Source: Candidatus Abawacabacteria bacterium (lineage in GTDB: Bacteria; Patescibacteriota; Gracilibacteria; RBG-16-42-10). From it: a stretch of 64,000 nucleotides of DNA. Positions 60,923 to 64,000 of this stretch are shown piece by piece (position 1 is the first letter of the stretch; the number at the start of each line of letters is the position of its first letter). The DNA lies in NCBI GenBank assembly GCA_016207805.1, contig JACQZO010000020.1, forward strand, positions 35,634 to 99,633, written 5' to 3'. The notes beneath the pieces are model-generated. The model was not told where the DNA came from, ran no database searches, and saw only the letters and a list, made by a program, of their open reading frames with translations. The translations under genes were made by a program, and so were the position numbers.

Positions 60923-62659
60923 ATGATCCGCATTCTCCCCGAACATGTCATCAATCAAATTGCTGCTGGAGAAGTAGTAGAGCGCCCAGCTTCTATTGTA
61001 AAAGAATTGATAGAAAACAGTTTAGACGCCAAGGCTGATCACATCGTGATCAATTTACGCAATGGTGGCAAAGGATTAATTCGGATTAGTGACAATGGTA
61101 CTGGTATCGCCCCAGAAGAATTAGACCAAGCTGTGCTTCGTCATGCTACTAGCAAAATCGCCAAGATTGAAGATTTAGATCATGTGCTCACTTTAGGCTT
61201 TCGCGGTGAAGCATTGGCCAGTATCGCTTCAGTAAGCCAGATGTATCTTGAAAGTAAAACATCAACGAGTAATAGCGCAAGTACTATTACCATGGACCAT
61301 GGCCGTATCGAGAATAAAAATACCGCAGCGCGCGAACAAGGAACCACGGTCAATATTGAAAATTTATTTGCTAAGATTCCTGCTCGCCGCAAGTTTCTCA
61401 AAAGTGATCGCCAAGAATTGGCAGTGATTGTGCGTCTAATCCAAGAAATCGCCTTAGCCAATCCCGCTGTTCATTTCGAACTCAATCATAATGGTCAAGA
61501 ATTACTAAACACACCGCCAAGAAAAAGCTTATTAGAAAAGTTTTATGACATTTTTCCCAGTCCCGATTTGCCAGGGAAAATGATGGCCATTGAACAAGAA
61601 GAAAATGGCCTAAAACTGCAAGCAATTATTTCTCAGCCAATCATAAAACGCGCCAGCAAAGGACAACAAATGGTAGCAGTCAATCAGCGCACCATTCGTG
61701 ACTATCGTATTAATAAAACCATTGAAGACGCCTATCATACTTTTCTGCTCAGTTCAGAACATCCAATATTCTTCCTTCACCTATCAGTAAACCCTCAAGA
61801 AATAGACGTCAATGTCCACCCCCGAAAAAATGAGGTGCGCTTTGAACATTTGGACCACATACTAAGCTTCATTTATCGCTCAGTGAAAGGAACCCTAGAA
61901 AAGCAGATTCTGTCAGTTAACCCAAGTTTTAATTCGAAATTCGAAATTCCAAATGCACAGTTGAGCCCCACTTCGAACTTCGAATTTCGCACTTCGCACT
62001 CCCCATCAAATTCCGTAGCCTCTCCCTCAAATACATATCAAGCAGCCCAATTCAATCAATTATTTACAGAGGAAACGCCTCCTCGGCCTATCAAGGTTGT
62101 AAGCCAAATCAAGAATTCTTATATTTTGTGTACTGCAGAACAAAGTCTCATTTTGTTTGATCAACATGCAGCCCATGAACGCTTTATTTATGAAGAATTA
62201 AAAAAAACTAGAGCACAAAAGAGTACTCAGCAATTGATGAACCCACTAGAATTGACAGCCACCGCTGAGCAAAGCATTTTATTAGCTGAGCAACAACAAA
62301 ACTTTGCCAATTTTGGTATTCAGTTAGAACAAAGCGGCCCTAATAATTGGCTAATCACAGACGTTCCTAATATGCCCCGTTCATATAAAATTGATTGGTC
62401 ACAAGTTGTACTCAATAGCTTAGATCAAGTACATGCTGAATCTCTAACTCATAGCCTGCAAGATCACGAAGATGACATTTTGCACACTATGGCCTGCAAA
62501 GCAGCAGTAAAGTTTAATGATCATTTAAGTCTCAGTGAATTACAGCGCCTCATAGATGATGTCGCCTATTTACCAGGCATCTATACCTGTCCCCATGGGA
62601 GGCCGTTTAGATTAGAGCTGACTTTTAATGAGTTAGATAGATATTTCAAGAGACACTGA
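60923..62659 (+). CDS. mutL: DNA mismatch repair endonuclease MutL
   Basis: NQIAAGEVVERP, GFRGEALASI, DVNVHP, DQHAAHER...E, ACK and CPHGRP endonuclease motifs. Confidence 0.97.
   Translation: MIRILPEHVINQIAAGEVVERPASIVKELIENSLDAKADHIVINLRNGGKGLIRISDNGTGIAPEELDQAVLRHATSKIAKIEDLDHVLTLGFRGEALASIASVSQMYLESKTSTSNSASTITMDHGRIENKNTAAREQGTTVNIENLFAKIPARRKFLKSDRQELAVIVRLIQEIALANPAVHFELNHNGQELLNTPPRKSLLEKFYDIFPSPDLPGKMMAIEQEENGLKLQAIISQPIIKRASKGQQMVAVNQRTIRDYRINKTIEDAYHTFLLSSEHPIFFLHLSVNPQEIDVNVHPRKNEVRFEHLDHILSFIYRSVKGTLEKQILSVNPSFNSKFEIPNAQLSPTSNFEFRTSHSPSNSVASPSNTYQAAQFNQLFTEETPPRPIKVVSQIKNSYILCTAEQSLILFDQHAAHERFIYEELKKTRAQKSTQQLMNPLELTATAEQSILLAEQQQNFANFGIQLEQSGPNNWLITDVPNMPRSYKIDWSQVVLNSLDQVHAESLTHSLQDHEDDILHTMACKAAVKFNDHLSLSELQRLIDDVAYLPGIYTCPHGRPFRLELTFNELDRYFKRH
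61931..62000. repeat. Heptamer inverted repeat inside the mutL linker
   Basis: aattcgaaattcgaaattccaaatg ... cacttcgaacttcgaatttcgcacttcgcact. Confidence 0.75.
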
Positions 62660-62661
62660 TT

Positions 62662-62740
62662 GAAGTCAGAGGTCAGAAGGCAGAAGTAAGTAAGAAGTTA
62701 GTAATTATTACTTCTGAATTCTGCCTTCTGCCATCTGCCT
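62662..62740. repeat. AG(G/T)CAGA heptamer inverted repeat at the mutL/cca junction
   Basis: gaagtcagaggtcagaaggcagaagt ... acttctgaattctgccttctgccatctgcc. Confidence 0.85.
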
Positions 62741-62773
62741 TTTTATGTTACTTTTTCGCTGAATATCTTTCCT

Positions 62774-64000
62774 ATGTACCAAACAGCCTTAACTATTATC
62801 CAAAGACTACATTCCAGCGGTTTTGAGGCTTATCTAGCTGGCGGTTGTGTGCGTGATATTTTGCTCAAAAAAGAGCCTAAAGATTATGACATCGTTACCA
62901 ATGCTTCCCCAGAACAGATAGAATCATTATTTGCTGACAAAAGCCGCGCTATTGGCAAACATTTTGGTGTGATGCAGGTGAAAGAGAATGGTCATCATTT
63001 CGAAATCGCTACTTTTCGTTCCGATAGCAGTTATAGTGATGGTCGTAGACCAGACTTTGTCACTTTTACCTCGGCAGCAGAAGATGCCAAGAGACGCGAC
63101 TTTACTATCAATGGTCTCTTCCTCAATCCTTTCACTAACGAAATTAAAGATTTTGTTGGCGGTCAAATAGATATTAAGGAAAGACTGATCCGTTTTATTG
63201 GCAATGCAGAAGATCGCATCAAAGAAGACTATTTACGCATTCTCCGAGCAGTCAGATTTAAAAATCGTTTAAACTTCCGTTTTGATCCGGCTACTTTTCA
63301 AGCCTTACGAAGCAATGCTGAGCTATGCCGCAAAATTGCTCCCGAAAGAATACGGGATGAACTCAACAAAATGTTATTGCATCCTAATCGTATCCAAGCA
63401 ATCCAAGATCTAGCTGAACTGAATATTTTGCCGATTATATTACCTGAAATAGCTAAGCTCAAAGGGATTACTCAACCATATGAATATCATACTGAGGGCG
63501 ATGTATTCGAGCATACATTATTAGCCTTAAAAAGTATCAAGTCACAGCGTAACTTAGCCTTAATCTGGGCCACGCTATTACATGATGCCGGTAAGGCAGA
63601 AACCTACCAGGTCAAAGAGCGTATCCGTTTTGACAGTCATGCTGAGCACTCGGCTAAAATAGCTAAAGATATTCTCAGCAGATTACACTTTCCAAACAGT
63701 TTTATCGCTGAAGTATGCTTTCTGGTGCTACATCATATGATGTGGGTAAGCTTGCGCGACATGCCAGATAGTAGAAAACAACATTGGATTTTCGGTCCTC
63801 ATTTTGCCAATTTATTACGCCTATTCAAAGCTGATGCTAGCGGCTCAAAACCCCTTGACTTGAGCCTCTATCAAGAAATAAAATTGATTGTCCAGAAGAT
63901 TAAAACCCAATACAAAAAGCTGCCACGGCCTTTACTCGATGGACACATAATCCAAAAAGAATTAAAGTTGGCACCAAGCCCATTGATTGGGCAATTACTT
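62774..64000 (+). CDS. cca: CCA tRNA nucleotidyltransferase with HD domain (3' truncated; absent from the ORF track)
   Basis: Own translation: MYQTALTII...AYLAGGCVRD.LL...PKDYDIVT...EIATFR...EDAKRRDFTING...EDYLRILRAVRF...YHTEGDVFEHT...LLHDAGK. Confidence 0.93.
   Translation, partial: MYQTALTIIQRLHSSGFEAYLAGGCVRDILLKKEPKDYDIVTNASPEQIESLFADKSRAIGKHFGVMQVKENGHHFEIATFRSDSSYSDGRRPDFVTFTSAAEDAKRRDFTINGLFLNPFTNEIKDFVGGQIDIKERLIRFIGNAEDRIKEDYLRILRAVRFKNRLNFRFDPATFQALRSNAELCRKIAPERIRDELNKMLLHPNRIQAIQDLAELNILPIILPEIAKLKGITQPYEYHTEGDVFEHTLLALKSIKSQRNLALIWATLLHDAGKAETYQVKERIRFDSHAEHSAKIAKDILSRLHFPNSFIAEVCFLVLHHMMWVSLRDMPDSRKQHWIFGPHFANLLRLFKADASGSKPLDLSLYQEIKLIVQKIKTQYKKLPRPLLDGHIIQKELKLAPSPLIGQLL

Noticed and set aside
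1025..63170. Numerous 60-194 aa ORFs nested in or antisense to long genes (e.g. 4067..4519, 30744..31328, 62927..63166)
   Set aside because: Shadow frames of well-supported CDSs with no recognisable motifs
1..64000. Alternative genetic code (TGA = Gly/Trp)
   Set aside because: Conserved genes such as mutL and several paralogs end at TGA exactly where homologs end, and long ORFs are free of in-frame TGA

Overview
AT-rich bacterial chromosome segment read with the standard code (TGA is used as a stop). SD-less starts, a short HolB and many orphans suggest a CPR/Patescibacteria genome, but this is inference. The left ~44 kb is a co-oriented tandem array of 20 paralogous Cys-rich genes (19 complete, 535-575 aa, plus one cut by the left edge). 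Each has an N-terminal zinc-ribbon pair, two ~12-residue-periodic Cys-rich repeat lobes and a C-terminal zinc-ribbon pair. Interspersed cargo: a RelE/Phd toxin-antitoxin pair, VOC and SRPBCC genes, a TrmB-like regulator, two four-helix-bundle (23S-IVS/Avd-like) genes each inside long inverted repeats, and orphans. After tRNA-Ser(GGA) and tRNA-Tyr(GTA) comes housekeeping DNA: ABC-F, msrB, ogt, nitroreductase, methyltransferase, dnaG, an rpoD fused in frame to a degenerate adenylate-kinase domain, PMM/PGM, a TPR protein, holB-like, mutS, mutL and a partial CCA-adding enzyme. Many gene junctions carry 6-7-nt-periodic repeat arms with a consistent polarity (one arm type right after stops, its complement right before starts); two copies lie in frame inside coding sequences. 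All family assignments are from motif recognition; no database search was run.
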